From NCBI RefSeq assembly GCF_000737315.1, contig NZ_JMCB01000001.1:496001-560000 (forward strand): a stretch of DNA of 64,000 bases. Direction: 5' to 3'. The position numbers were made by a program, and so were the translations under genes. Of the stretch, positions 20,801 through 28,526 are shown piece after piece (the stretch's first letter is position 1; each line of letters opens with the position of its first letter). The notes beneath the pieces were generated by a model, which made no database searches, had not been told where the DNA came from, and saw only the letters and a program-made list of their open reading frames with translations. The DNA is from Hyalangium minutum. GTDB lineage: Bacteria; Myxococcota; Myxococcia; Myxococcales; Myxococcaceae.

Positions 20801-21089
20801 GCTGGGCCGGCGATACTTCCGCTGGCAGGGCAAGACGTATGGCCGCCCGGAGGATGGGCTGGCCCTGGCGATGCCCAATCCGTGGAACCCCCAGCGCGTG
20901 CTGTACCTCTACCTGTCCAACAGCGCACTCGAGCTGTGGCACATGACGCGGACCTTCCGGCGGGGGCTCCAGAGCTGGGCGCTCTTCCGTGGCCCCGAGG
21001 TCAGCGAGCGAGGCTTCCATGCGCCCGAGGCGCTGACGCAGGAGTTCACAGAGCGTTCACCCGTTCCCATCAGCCTGCCACCGCGCTGA
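17808..21089 (+). CDS. Secreted C45/phospholipase-B-like Ntn hydrolase with N-terminal CBM-like domain and M1-peptidase-like C-terminal region
   Basis: Signal peptide; VANPGFE...LWVDDVRLE CBM4/9-like module; DHCSSFVAT nucleophile site; KGTFLLHQLRLLLG...DLKPFISQWL. Start 17793 or 17808. Confidence 0.78.
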   Translation: MPWRLLSVLVWALGLLPAASAQAAQVPVANPGFEALAGSGLPTGWSVTGPGQVSATPSVHAEGSRSLSIQNPPGGAETTVESEPLKLQVGRLYRLSAWARARGVQADPTARYPTAVGACLAMKSFPFTNCTPIPSTEQGGRVSAFFFAPQSTDRVQVNLGRNGKATGTLWVDDVRLEEVDDITAYLPLESVRWAGKGFRYDEGGWIFVHIEGEPYERGRQYGELVAPELARYIDKLGVQMDKEDPASGWARVRLMADSLFLRKFDTEFLEEMRGIADGATKGGAKVKERASDSASEERSGLKERAVDLLDIVALNSAVDLSSLESANQVTATPLSGRIFTSGEEEAERAGKGDHCSSFVATRSATPDGRVIMGHIFMWNSYTGVHWDVALDVQPSRGHRFVMQTFPGGIHSGADWYINDAGLVVAETTVGQTPFNPNGTPQSNRIRKAVQYASSIEEAARIMKDKNNGLYSNDWVMADTKTDEGACLLLGTEKAKLWRTGGKGIASDTPGNLKDFIWANNNNRDLEVRKEYVPNPNNAPVDLAFNTWNRDIAFSRFYEKYGHGGITLDSAIRLLASSPINRPHASDGKVTTSEMSEKLMFLAHYGKTTLREKMVGSRFIPPLPGATPHLSLGYTAFSPLYVADRLKAARTSFKPEPELKEPPRELGKLKDALSFDKALLWSNTVFPSTEGENWLVSGSAAYWSLLKALPEGPEKAEKAFEQQRDTLAELNTRFLIITGREGDLPAVAARTTYDRYGTYLVPRMKGTFLLHQLRLLLGNKAFSQLMQTAHARYASRPITTADFVKTASASAGRDLKPFISQWLERGGLPQPRIQSRFTPAKDGYDVTLKVEQADTPYHFVTTVELWTEKARLLERVEVKGSSDTFTFHTADKPVRVVFNPSYDIPVPRERYYTLGQQLEEFDRLTFVHGTARQVESMRTLVLNYREAMADASVEVLPPLKPDAEVTDQELAERDLVLFGGAEDNTLVARLAAEKKLPVELGRRYFRWQGKTYGRPEDGLALAMPNPWNPQRVLYLYLSNSALELWHMTRTFRRGLQSWALFRGPEVSERGFHAPEALTQEFTERSPVPISLPPR

Positions 21090-21123
21090 GCACCCGGGAG
21101 GGGCTTGGGCTATCTTCCCGCGC

Positions 21124-22368
21124 ATGACGCAGCGAATTGCAGCCCGAGTAGCGTTTCTCCTGTGCCTCACCGTGGGGTTCGGAGCCAGTGCCAGTGGCCC
21201 GGCTGCCCTGGCCAAGGGCCTGAACACCGCCGTCACCTTCGACGTCGCCGTGCCGCTCGAGACCGCCTCCAACGCCGAGGTGTGGGTCTCCGGCAACGAC
21301 GAGGCGCTGGGCAAGTGGAACGGCGCGGGCGTGAAGCTCTCGCGCGGACCGGACGGGCGCTATACCGGCTCCGTCTCGCTCCCGGTCGACACCTCCGTCG
21401 AGTTCAAGGTCACCCGCGGCTCCTGGGAGACGGTGGAGAAGGCTCGCGACGGCAAGGAGATCCCCAACCGCACCTTCAAGGTGGGCACCAAGAAGCAGAC
21501 CGTGGCCATCACCGTGTTCCGCTGGGCCGACCAGTCCGCCCCGCCCACCATGCGCACGCTCGTGGGCAACATCCGCTACCTGCGCCAGGTGCCGTCGCGC
21601 TTCCTGCCGAAGAAGCGCGATGTCATCGTCTGGCTGCCTCCGGACTACGAGGACAGCCCGAGGAAGCGCTACCCCGTGCTCTACATGCACGACGGACAGA
21701 ACCTCATGGACAAGGCCACCGCCTACTCCGGCGAGGAGTGGCGTGTGGACGAGGCCGCCCAGCAGGCCATCCAGGCCGGTGACGTGGAGCCGCTCATCAT
21801 CGTCGGCATCTACAACACCGAGGATCGCTTCGCCGAGTACACCCCGGTGAAGGACCCGGGTGAGTTCTCCAAGTACGGCGGAGGCAACGCGGACGCGTAC
21901 GGGCGCTTCATCGTCGAGGAGCTCAAGCCAGCGATCGATCGGACGTTCCGCACCAAGCAGGATCCGGAGAGCACGGGGCTCGGGGGCTCGTCGCTCGGAG
22001 GCCTGGTGACGATGTACCTGGGAGTGAAGTACCCCCACGTGTTCCGGCGGCTGGCGGTGGTGTCGCCCTCGGTGTTCTGGGCGAACAAGGACATCGTCAC
22101 CCGGGTGAAGGCGCTGAAGAAGAAGCAGCCCTTGAAGATCTGGATGGACATCGGCACCGACGAGTCCAAGGGCAGCCAGGAGACGGTGGAGGATACGCGG
22201 CAGCTGCGCGATGCCCTGGTGGAGGAGGGCTGGGTGCTCGGCAAGGACTTGAAGTACGTGGAGGTGGCGGGCGCCGTCCACTCCGAGGCGGCCTGGTCCG
22301 AGCGCATCGACGAGGTGCTCCGGTACCTCTATCCCACGCCCTGGTACAAGCCGCCTCCCTCTCCCTGA
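21124..22368 (+). CDS. Secreted alpha/beta hydrolase (putative esterase family) with CBM20-like domain
   Basis: VWVSGNDEALGKW and VEFKVTRGSWETVE (CBM20-like); YPVLYMHDGQN; GGSSLGG nucleophile; AVHSE. Confidence 0.85.
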   Translation: MTQRIAARVAFLLCLTVGFGASASGPAALAKGLNTAVTFDVAVPLETASNAEVWVSGNDEALGKWNGAGVKLSRGPDGRYTGSVSLPVDTSVEFKVTRGSWETVEKARDGKEIPNRTFKVGTKKQTVAITVFRWADQSAPPTMRTLVGNIRYLRQVPSRFLPKKRDVIVWLPPDYEDSPRKRYPVLYMHDGQNLMDKATAYSGEEWRVDEAAQQAIQAGDVEPLIIVGIYNTEDRFAEYTPVKDPGEFSKYGGGNADAYGRFIVEELKPAIDRTFRTKQDPESTGLGGSSLGGLVTMYLGVKYPHVFRRLAVVSPSVFWANKDIVTRVKALKKKQPLKIWMDIGTDESKGSQETVEDTRQLRDALVEEGWVLGKDLKYVEVAGAVHSEAAWSERIDEVLRYLYPTPWYKPPPSP

Positions 22369-22372
22369 GGCC

Positions 22373-22744
22373 TCAGGCAGGCTCGATGAAGTTGAGCCGG
22401 TAGCCGTCGGGATCGGTGATGAGGATCTCTCGGGTGTGCCAGGGCTGGAGGGTGGGCCCATCCACCTCCACTCCGAGCTTGAGGGCGCGGGCAATCACGG
22501 CATCGAGCCCCCCGGGGCCGGCCCGGAAACCCACCAGGACGCCGAGCCCCCGCCGGCCTTGCAGCGCCGAGCCTGTGGGCGTGGCAACCAAGTAGACGTC
22601 CGCGCTGTCACCCCACTTCAGGTGGATGAAGGGGGGCTCGGACTGCGTCCGCTCGAAGCCCAGCGCCTCATAGAACCGTGCCGAGCGCTCGCCGTCCGCC
22701 ACGAGCATCTTCACGAAGCCCACTGTCCCCGTTTCGCTTCCCAT
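22373..22744 (-). CDS. VOC/glyoxalase family protein
   Basis: RFYEALGF and PWHTREILITDPDGYRL motifs; 123 aa. Confidence 0.85.
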   Translation of the reverse strand: MGSETGTVGFVKMLVADGERSARFYEALGFERTQSEPPFIHLKWGDSADVYLVATPTGSALQGRRGLGVLVGFRAGPGGLDAVIARALKLGVEVDGPTLQPWHTREILITDPDGYRLNFIEPA

Positions 22745-22925
22745 GAGCGGTGTCTAGCGAAGAGCGCGGGGGATGGCCACAGGCGAAGCCTCGCGGGGCA
22801 CTTCCTTGCCTCTTGGCGGCTCACCTGGAGGGTGTGCCGGGTTGAGAGACAAGCACCACTTGGTGAGCCCTCCTCTGCCACGTGACGGACCTCTAGCCTG
22901 CTCTCCTACGACACGAGGGGGGCTC

Positions 22926-24284
22926 ATGAACTTCTGGCAGTGTCTGTTGAGGCTCGAAGCGGTGCTGATGACCATCATGGTGGCGGGGTGCGGCACTGCG
23001 GCGCCAACGATCCGGGTGGAGAATGGCTCGCGGGGAGAAACCGTCCTCTTCATTCCGCGCTCCGCCACGGTGGATCCCATCGAGGTTTCACCGGAGGAAG
23101 TCACCCAGGCGCTCCAGCGCATGGCGCGGCAGGTGCGATTGAGCGGTTCACCGCGCGAGACGGTGGAGCGCTTGTTTCAGCTCGACGCGCTTTACGGTGA
23201 CTACCTGTACCTGCTGCGGGAGCGGAAGGTCGTCCCATTGGAGGGAGGCACTCCCCTGGAAGGGGCACTGACGCTACAGGAGCAGCAGTGGGTCACCTGG
23301 TACGCGGACTGGTGCCGCAGCGAGCACCGGTTCAACGGAGATTGTCTGGGGGGAGCGCTGGTGGCTGGCAAGTACATGGACCTGCGAGGCCGCTACATGT
23401 GGGCCATGGCCCTGAGCAAGAGCCCTGTGCTGGAGGAGTTCGAGAAGGCACTGGGGCACATGGTCACCATGCGGGCTGTCCTCCAGGCAGCGATGTGCAC
23501 CGTCGTCACCTTGCTGGTGCTGCTGGCCATGCCCGATCCGGTGACCAAGTTCATCGCCGCCTGGGCCACCGTGGCGCTCATTTATTGGGTGGGCGCCAAG
23601 ACGCTCTACCGGCTGGTGGAGGGTTGGTTTCAGTTGATGAAGGAGGTGCAGGAGGCCACCACGTTCGAGGAGCTGCGCGAGGCGGGTGAGCGGTTCGGCA
23701 AATTGTTCTCACGCGAGGCGGCCCAGGCGTTCGCGCTGGTGGCCATGGCGCTGCTGACGCACACGGCGAAGGACTTCGCGCAGCAGGTGAGCACACTGCC
23801 CGGCTCGGCGCAGGTGTCCATGCAGGCGGAGGCGCAAGGAGGACTGTTGCTGTCCGAAGTGGCCACCGTGGAGTCGGTGGCAGTAACGGCCGATGGCTTC
23901 ACCGTAGCGCTGGGCCCTGGCGCGGTGGCGATGGCGGCGAACGGAGGGCGCGGGGGCCGCACGCAGAAGCACCACATCGGAACCATCGCCAACAAGAAGT
24001 CCTCCCTGCGGGGGGGGCCGTGGACTCCCTTGTTCGAGAAGCTCTTCGCCAGAGCCGGAATGCGCCTGAAGGACGCCGAAAACGTCGTGCCCATCCAGGG
24101 GCACAGAGGACCTCACCCGCAGCGCTACCATGAACTCATCTACAAACGGCTTCAGGGTGCACTGGGAGACTGTCGCAGCATCTCGGAGTGCCGAGAGTAC
24201 TTGACCCGGGAACTCCGAGATCTCGCGGAAGAGATTTCCACTCCCGGAACGGAGTTGAATCAGCTCGTCACCCTAGGCCACTGA
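22926..24284 (+). CDS. Lipoprotein polymorphic toxin (SitA5-like) with C-terminal AHH-type nuclease domain
   Basis: Lipobox VAGC; central hydrophobic helices; QKHHI...GHRGPHPQRYH AHH/HNH-type motifs; immunity-like gene immediately downstream. SitA subfamily assignment is from recall. Confidence 0.8.
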   Translation: MNFWQCLLRLEAVLMTIMVAGCGTAAPTIRVENGSRGETVLFIPRSATVDPIEVSPEEVTQALQRMARQVRLSGSPRETVERLFQLDALYGDYLYLLRERKVVPLEGGTPLEGALTLQEQQWVTWYADWCRSEHRFNGDCLGGALVAGKYMDLRGRYMWAMALSKSPVLEEFEKALGHMVTMRAVLQAAMCTVVTLLVLLAMPDPVTKFIAAWATVALIYWVGAKTLYRLVEGWFQLMKEVQEATTFEELREAGERFGKLFSREAAQAFALVAMALLTHTAKDFAQQVSTLPGSAQVSMQAEAQGGLLLSEVATVESVAVTADGFTVALGPGAVAMAANGGRGGRTQKHHIGTIANKKSSLRGGPWTPLFEKLFARAGMRLKDAENVVPIQGHRGPHPQRYHELIYKRLQGALGDCRSISECREYLTRELRDLAEEISTPGTELNQLVTLGH

Positions 24285-24299
24285 CGCTAGAACGTCCCT

Positions 24300-24863
24300 A
24301 TGGCTCAGCGCTTCTTCGAGCTCGCCGACGACCGCTATTTCCCTCGACGCTGGCACCTGGATACCCCCACCACCAGCGAGGGCCGAAAGGTGCACGACTG
24401 GGACTTCACGAAGGGTGCGCCCGTGCACGTCGAGGGCCGGTTGAATATCCCGATCGAAATCGCGGGTAGGCCCTTGGACTATTGTTGGGCAGGTCTGAGC
24501 ATCCCCGTCGTTCACATTAGAGTGGCGACCGTCCTGGCGGAATTGGCCTCCCACGACATTCAGCTCATCCCCGCCGACATTGATGGGCGACCAGATCAGT
24601 ACCTCGTCATGGTGGCCACGCGCCTCATCCGCTGCATTGATGAGAAGTCCTCCCGGATCAGGCTCTGGACCGTGGAGGACAGCGTGCCCAAGAAGGTGGG
24701 CCAGTACCGGGACGTCCGGGACCTGCGCATCGACAAGACGAAGGTGGGCAACGCCCAGGTGTTCCGTCCAGAGGGGTGGGAAGTCGTCTTGATCGTCTCC
24801 GAGGAGATCAAGAACGCCATGGAGCACCTCGGCACCACGGGCACAAGATTCACCGAGGTCTAA
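24300..24863 (+). CDS. Imm11/DUF1629-like immunity protein
   Basis: 15 nt after the toxin stop; DLRIDKTKVGNAQVFRPEGW...IVSEEIK motif typical of myxobacterial Imm11-like proteins. Confidence 0.8.
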   Translation: MAQRFFELADDRYFPRRWHLDTPTTSEGRKVHDWDFTKGAPVHVEGRLNIPIEIAGRPLDYCWAGLSIPVVHIRVATVLAELASHDIQLIPADIDGRPDQYLVMVATRLIRCIDEKSSRIRLWTVEDSVPKKVGQYRDVRDLRIDKTKVGNAQVFRPEGWEVVLIVSEEIKNAMEHLGTTGTRFTEV

Positions 24864-24880
24864 CCCGCGAGGGCAGGAAC

Positions 24881-25585
24881 ATGTCAGCCGAGACCGTGGT
24901 GCAGGAACTGGCGCGGGCTGCCAACCCCGAGAAGGCAGCCTTCTTTCCCCGGTTCTTCAAGACGAGCCCGGGGGAGTACGCCGAAGGCGACCAGTTCCTC
25001 GGTGTGACGGTGCCGGAGCAGCGCCGTATCGCCAAGAAGCACCGGGAGTTGCCGTTGCCAGAGATCTCGAAGCTGGTGAGCAGCCCAATCCACGAGCACC
25101 GCCTCACGGGGTTCCTGGTGCTCACCGAGAAGTTCCGCAAGGCGGACGAAGACACCCGGGCGCGGCTCTTCACGTTCTGCCGCAAGCACTTGGCGGGGAT
25201 CAACAACTGGGACCTGGTGGACACGGTGGCGCCGAAGATCTTCGGGGAGCACCTGATTGCTCACCCGGAGCTGCGGAAGATGCTTCACACCTTTGCGGGG
25301 GACACGTCGCTGTGGAAGCGGCGCATCGCCATCATCTCCACGCAAGCGTTCATCCGGCGCGGAGATTTCGAGGACACGCTGACGCTCGCGGAGCGCCTGC
25401 TCCGCGACCCGCACGATCTGATTCACAAGGCCGTGGGGTGGATGCTTCGCGAGGTGGGTGACCGAGATCGAGCGCGGCTGGAGGAGTTCCTCGAACGCCA
25501 CGCCGCGGAGATGCCACGCACGATGCTCCGCTACGCCATCGAGAAGTTCTCGCCCGAGCGCCGCCGCCACTTTATGGAGCGGTGA
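24881..25585 (+). CDS. DNA alkylation repair protein (AlkD-like HEAT repeat)
   Basis: FFKTSPGEYAEGDQFLGVTVP, INNWDLVD, DLIHKAVGWMLREVG and MPRTMLRYAIEK. Confidence 0.88.
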   Translation: MSAETVVQELARAANPEKAAFFPRFFKTSPGEYAEGDQFLGVTVPEQRRIAKKHRELPLPEISKLVSSPIHEHRLTGFLVLTEKFRKADEDTRARLFTFCRKHLAGINNWDLVDTVAPKIFGEHLIAHPELRKMLHTFAGDTSLWKRRIAIISTQAFIRRGDFEDTLTLAERLLRDPHDLIHKAVGWMLREVGDRDRARLEEFLERHAAEMPRTMLRYAIEKFSPERRRHFMER

Positions 25586-25591
25586 GAGCCA

Positions 25592-25789
25592 TCAGGAACG
25601 CTGCGCGTACTTCTTCCAGAGCTGGGGGACCGTGGCAACTTCTCCAGCGACGTAGATCGGGTGCGCGACCTGATCCGGTCCGTTCCGCAGGATGACGCTC
25701 CGAATCTGCGGCTCGCGGTCCTTGGCACTCGCAATGGAGGCCACAAGGAACGCTCCCCAGAGTGCCCCACCTGACACGAGGTTTCGCAT
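25592..25789 (-). pseudogene. Probable truncated remnant of a DUF2381-like secreted protein
   Basis: Signal peptide then AKDREPQIRSVIL...PIYVAGEVATV, resembling the N-terminus of myxobacterial DUF2381 proteins, then a stop after 65 aa. Confidence 0.5.
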
Positions 25790-25843
25790 GAGGCATGGGA
25801 ACCTATCAGATTGGGAGCACCGTGCCCAACCCACAGGAAAGGT

Positions 25844-27124
25844 TCACTTCCGGCCGTACTTCTTCATCGCCTCCATCAGCCGGTCGTGAGGCAGGGCGTA
25901 GACGCGGATGCCATCCGCTCCCGTCATAGTGTCCGCCGCCAGCATCGCGTTGAGGATGGCCTCTTGCGTTGCCTGCACCGTGGCCTCGAAGAGTGGGTTC
26001 ATTCGCTCGTTGTCCAGCGTGGACACCGTTGCCACAGGGCCCGGCGTGGCTGGCTGCGTCGCCTGGGTCGAGAACGCCACGAAGAGATCCCCCGACCCGT
26101 CCTCCCCCAACCCTCCCATCTTCCCGATGCCCAGCGGCACCCTCCGCGCGATCCGCTGCAGTTGGTGCGGCAGCAGTGGCGCGTCCGTCCCCACCACCAC
26201 GATGATCGACCCCATCCCCTCCGGGTACGACGGCAGCGACGCTCCCTGCTTCGTGCACTGAGGCATCTTGTGGATCAGTGGGTTCGAGGGCGGCTGGTCA
26301 CTCACCGTGCACGCCTGCAGATCCGGGATCTCCTCCCCCACCGGAACCCCCGCCACCGTCAGGTTTCGGCGCTTGCCGTAGTTGCACTGCACCAGCACCC
26401 CCACTGTGTAGCCCCCCTGTGCCTCCGGCAGCTTGCGCGAGGCCGTGCCGATCCCTCCCTTGAAGCCGTTGCAGATCATCCCCGTCCCGCCTCCCACCGA
26501 GCCCTCCGCCACCGGGCCGCCGCTCGCCCCATCCAGCGCCTTGAACACGTGCTCCTGCCTCACGTGGAACCCGTCCACGTCGTTCAGGATGCCGTCGTAC
26601 GTCTCCGCCACCACCGGCAGGCTCAGCTCGAACGACCGGCCCCGCTTCAGCGCCCACGCGATGATCGCGTCGCGCACCGTTCCCACGCTGCTCGTCGTCG
26701 TCAGCAGCACCGGGCCGTAGAGCAGCCCGGACTCGTTCAGCCAGTGCGTCCCCGTCATCTCCCCGTTGCCGTTCAGCACGTACGTCCCCCCGAACACCGG
26801 CGCCTCCCCTGCCTTGCCCCTCGGCCACACCGCCGTCACCCCCGAGCGCACAGGCCCCTTCCCCACCACCAGCCGTCCCTCCCCCGAGATGATCGTCGCG
26901 TGCCCCACCTCCACTCCCGGCACATCCGTGATGGCGTCCAGCGGCCCCGGCTGGCCTCCAAACGGAATCCCCAAGTCCCTCGAGCGCGCCTTCGCCGGAG
27001 CCGCCGGCACGGGCTTCTTCGATGCGGTGGGCACCTTCACCGGCGCGGATTGGGCCGCGGCACTCAGGGGCCACGCCAGGAGGAACACAGCCAGCGGAAC
27101 AGAGACAAGCGGATGAGAACCCAT
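25844..27124 (-). CDS. DmpA/P1 family aminopeptidase (peptidase S58), secreted
   Basis: DAITDVPGVEVGH, NGNGEMTG, EGSVGGGTGM, VQCNYG and GMGSIIVV autoprocessing site; signal peptide. Confidence 0.9.
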   Translation of the reverse strand: MGSHPLVSVPLAVFLLAWPLSAAAQSAPVKVPTASKKPVPAAPAKARSRDLGIPFGGQPGPLDAITDVPGVEVGHATIISGEGRLVVGKGPVRSGVTAVWPRGKAGEAPVFGGTYVLNGNGEMTGTHWLNESGLLYGPVLLTTTSSVGTVRDAIIAWALKRGRSFELSLPVVAETYDGILNDVDGFHVRQEHVFKALDGASGGPVAEGSVGGGTGMICNGFKGGIGTASRKLPEAQGGYTVGVLVQCNYGKRRNLTVAGVPVGEEIPDLQACTVSDQPPSNPLIHKMPQCTKQGASLPSYPEGMGSIIVVVGTDAPLLPHQLQRIARRVPLGIGKMGGLGEDGSGDLFVAFSTQATQPATPGPVATVSTLDNERMNPLFEATVQATQEAILNAMLAADTMTGADGIRVYALPHDRLMEAMKKYGRK

Positions 27125-27164
27125 GGCCGCCCCTCCTATCAGCGGTGTAGCGTGCGCGCCACGC

Positions 27165-28526
27165 ATGCTCCCCGAGCCCCTCCGCCGTGCCATCCTCTGG
27201 GCCAGTGACTTCGTCTGGGGCCCGTGGACACTCGTTATGCTCCTCGGAGCCGGACTCTTCCTCACCGTCCGCTACCGCTTCGCCCAGGTCCGTCTCTTCC
27301 CCGAGGCCGCGCGCACCCTCGTCCCCGCCCAGCAGGAAGGCGCTCGCGGCGCGCTCTCCCCCTTCCAGGCCTTCATGACCGCCCTGGGCGCCTCCATCGG
27401 CACCGGCAACATCGCCGGTGTCGCCACCGCCGTCGTCTCCGGCGGCCCCGGCGCCGTCTTCTGGATCTGGGTCTACGGATTCTTCGCCACCGTCATCAAG
27501 CTTACCGAGGCCATCCTCGGCATCCGCTACCGCTCGCTCAAGGACGGCCACCTCTCCGCTGGGCCCATGCACTACCTCCGCGAGGGCCTCCGCTCCCCCA
27601 CCCTCGCCTGGATCTATGCCCTCGTGGCCGGCATCGCCGCCCTCACCACCACTCCCTTCACCCAACCCAACTCCATGGCTGTCGTCCTGGAGAGCCAGTT
27701 CCACATCCCCACCTGGGCGTCGGGGCTCGGCATTGCCGTGCTCGCCTGGCTCGTCATCATCGGCGGCGTGCGCTCCATCGGCCGCGCCGCCGAGGCGCTC
27801 GCGCCCCTCAAGGTCGGCCTCTATCTGGTCGGCGGACTCTGGGTCATTCTCTTCCACGCGGGCCAGATTCCCGACGTCTTCGCCCTCATCTTCCGCGAGG
27901 CCTTCTCTCTCGAAGGCGCCCGGGGCGGCACCGCTGGCGTCAGCGTCATGATCGCCATGCGCTACGGGCTCGCGCGCGGCATCTACGCCAACGAGGCCGG
28001 CTATGGCACCGCCGCCGTGGCCTACGGCACCGCTCGCAGCGAGCAGCCCCTCCAGCAGGGGCTCAACGCCGTGATGGAGGTCTTCATCGTCTCCTTCGTC
28101 ACCTCCACCATCAGCGCCCTCACCATCCTCGTGAGCGGCGTGTGGCAGTCCGGCAAGACGAGCACCGCGCTGGTGGCCTCGGCCTTCGACACCGCCATCC
28201 CCGTGGGCGGCTGGGTCGTCGCCTTCTGCGCCTTCCTGTTCGGCTACACCACCCTCACCGGCTGGGCCTACTACGGTGAGCAGTTCCTCGAGTACATCGG
28301 CGGCCCGAAGATCACCAAGCCGTACCGGTGGATCTACTGCGGCCTCATCTACTTCGGCGCCGTCAGCAAACCCGAGCTCGTCTGGGCCTGGGGTGACCTG
28401 ATGAACGGCCTCCAGATCTTCCCCAACATGGTCGGCATCATCGGCCTGTCCGGCGTGGTCGCCGCCATTTTGCGCGAGCGGAGCCAGGCTCAGGCGCTGG
28501 GCACCAGCGCCACCGGGCCCTCGTAG
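27165..28526 (+). CDS. Alanine/glycine:cation symporter (AGCS, AlsT-like)
   Basis: ASIGTGNIAGVATA, GGPGAVFW, AGPMHYL and ANEAGYG; multiple TM helices. Confidence 0.92.
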   Translation: MLPEPLRRAILWASDFVWGPWTLVMLLGAGLFLTVRYRFAQVRLFPEAARTLVPAQQEGARGALSPFQAFMTALGASIGTGNIAGVATAVVSGGPGAVFWIWVYGFFATVIKLTEAILGIRYRSLKDGHLSAGPMHYLREGLRSPTLAWIYALVAGIAALTTTPFTQPNSMAVVLESQFHIPTWASGLGIAVLAWLVIIGGVRSIGRAAEALAPLKVGLYLVGGLWVILFHAGQIPDVFALIFREAFSLEGARGGTAGVSVMIAMRYGLARGIYANEAGYGTAAVAYGTARSEQPLQQGLNAVMEVFIVSFVTSTISALTILVSGVWQSGKTSTALVASAFDTAIPVGGWVVAFCAFLFGYTTLTGWAYYGEQFLEYIGGPKITKPYRWIYCGLIYFGAVSKPELVWAWGDLMNGLQIFPNMVGIIGLSGVVAAILRERSQAQALGTSATGPS

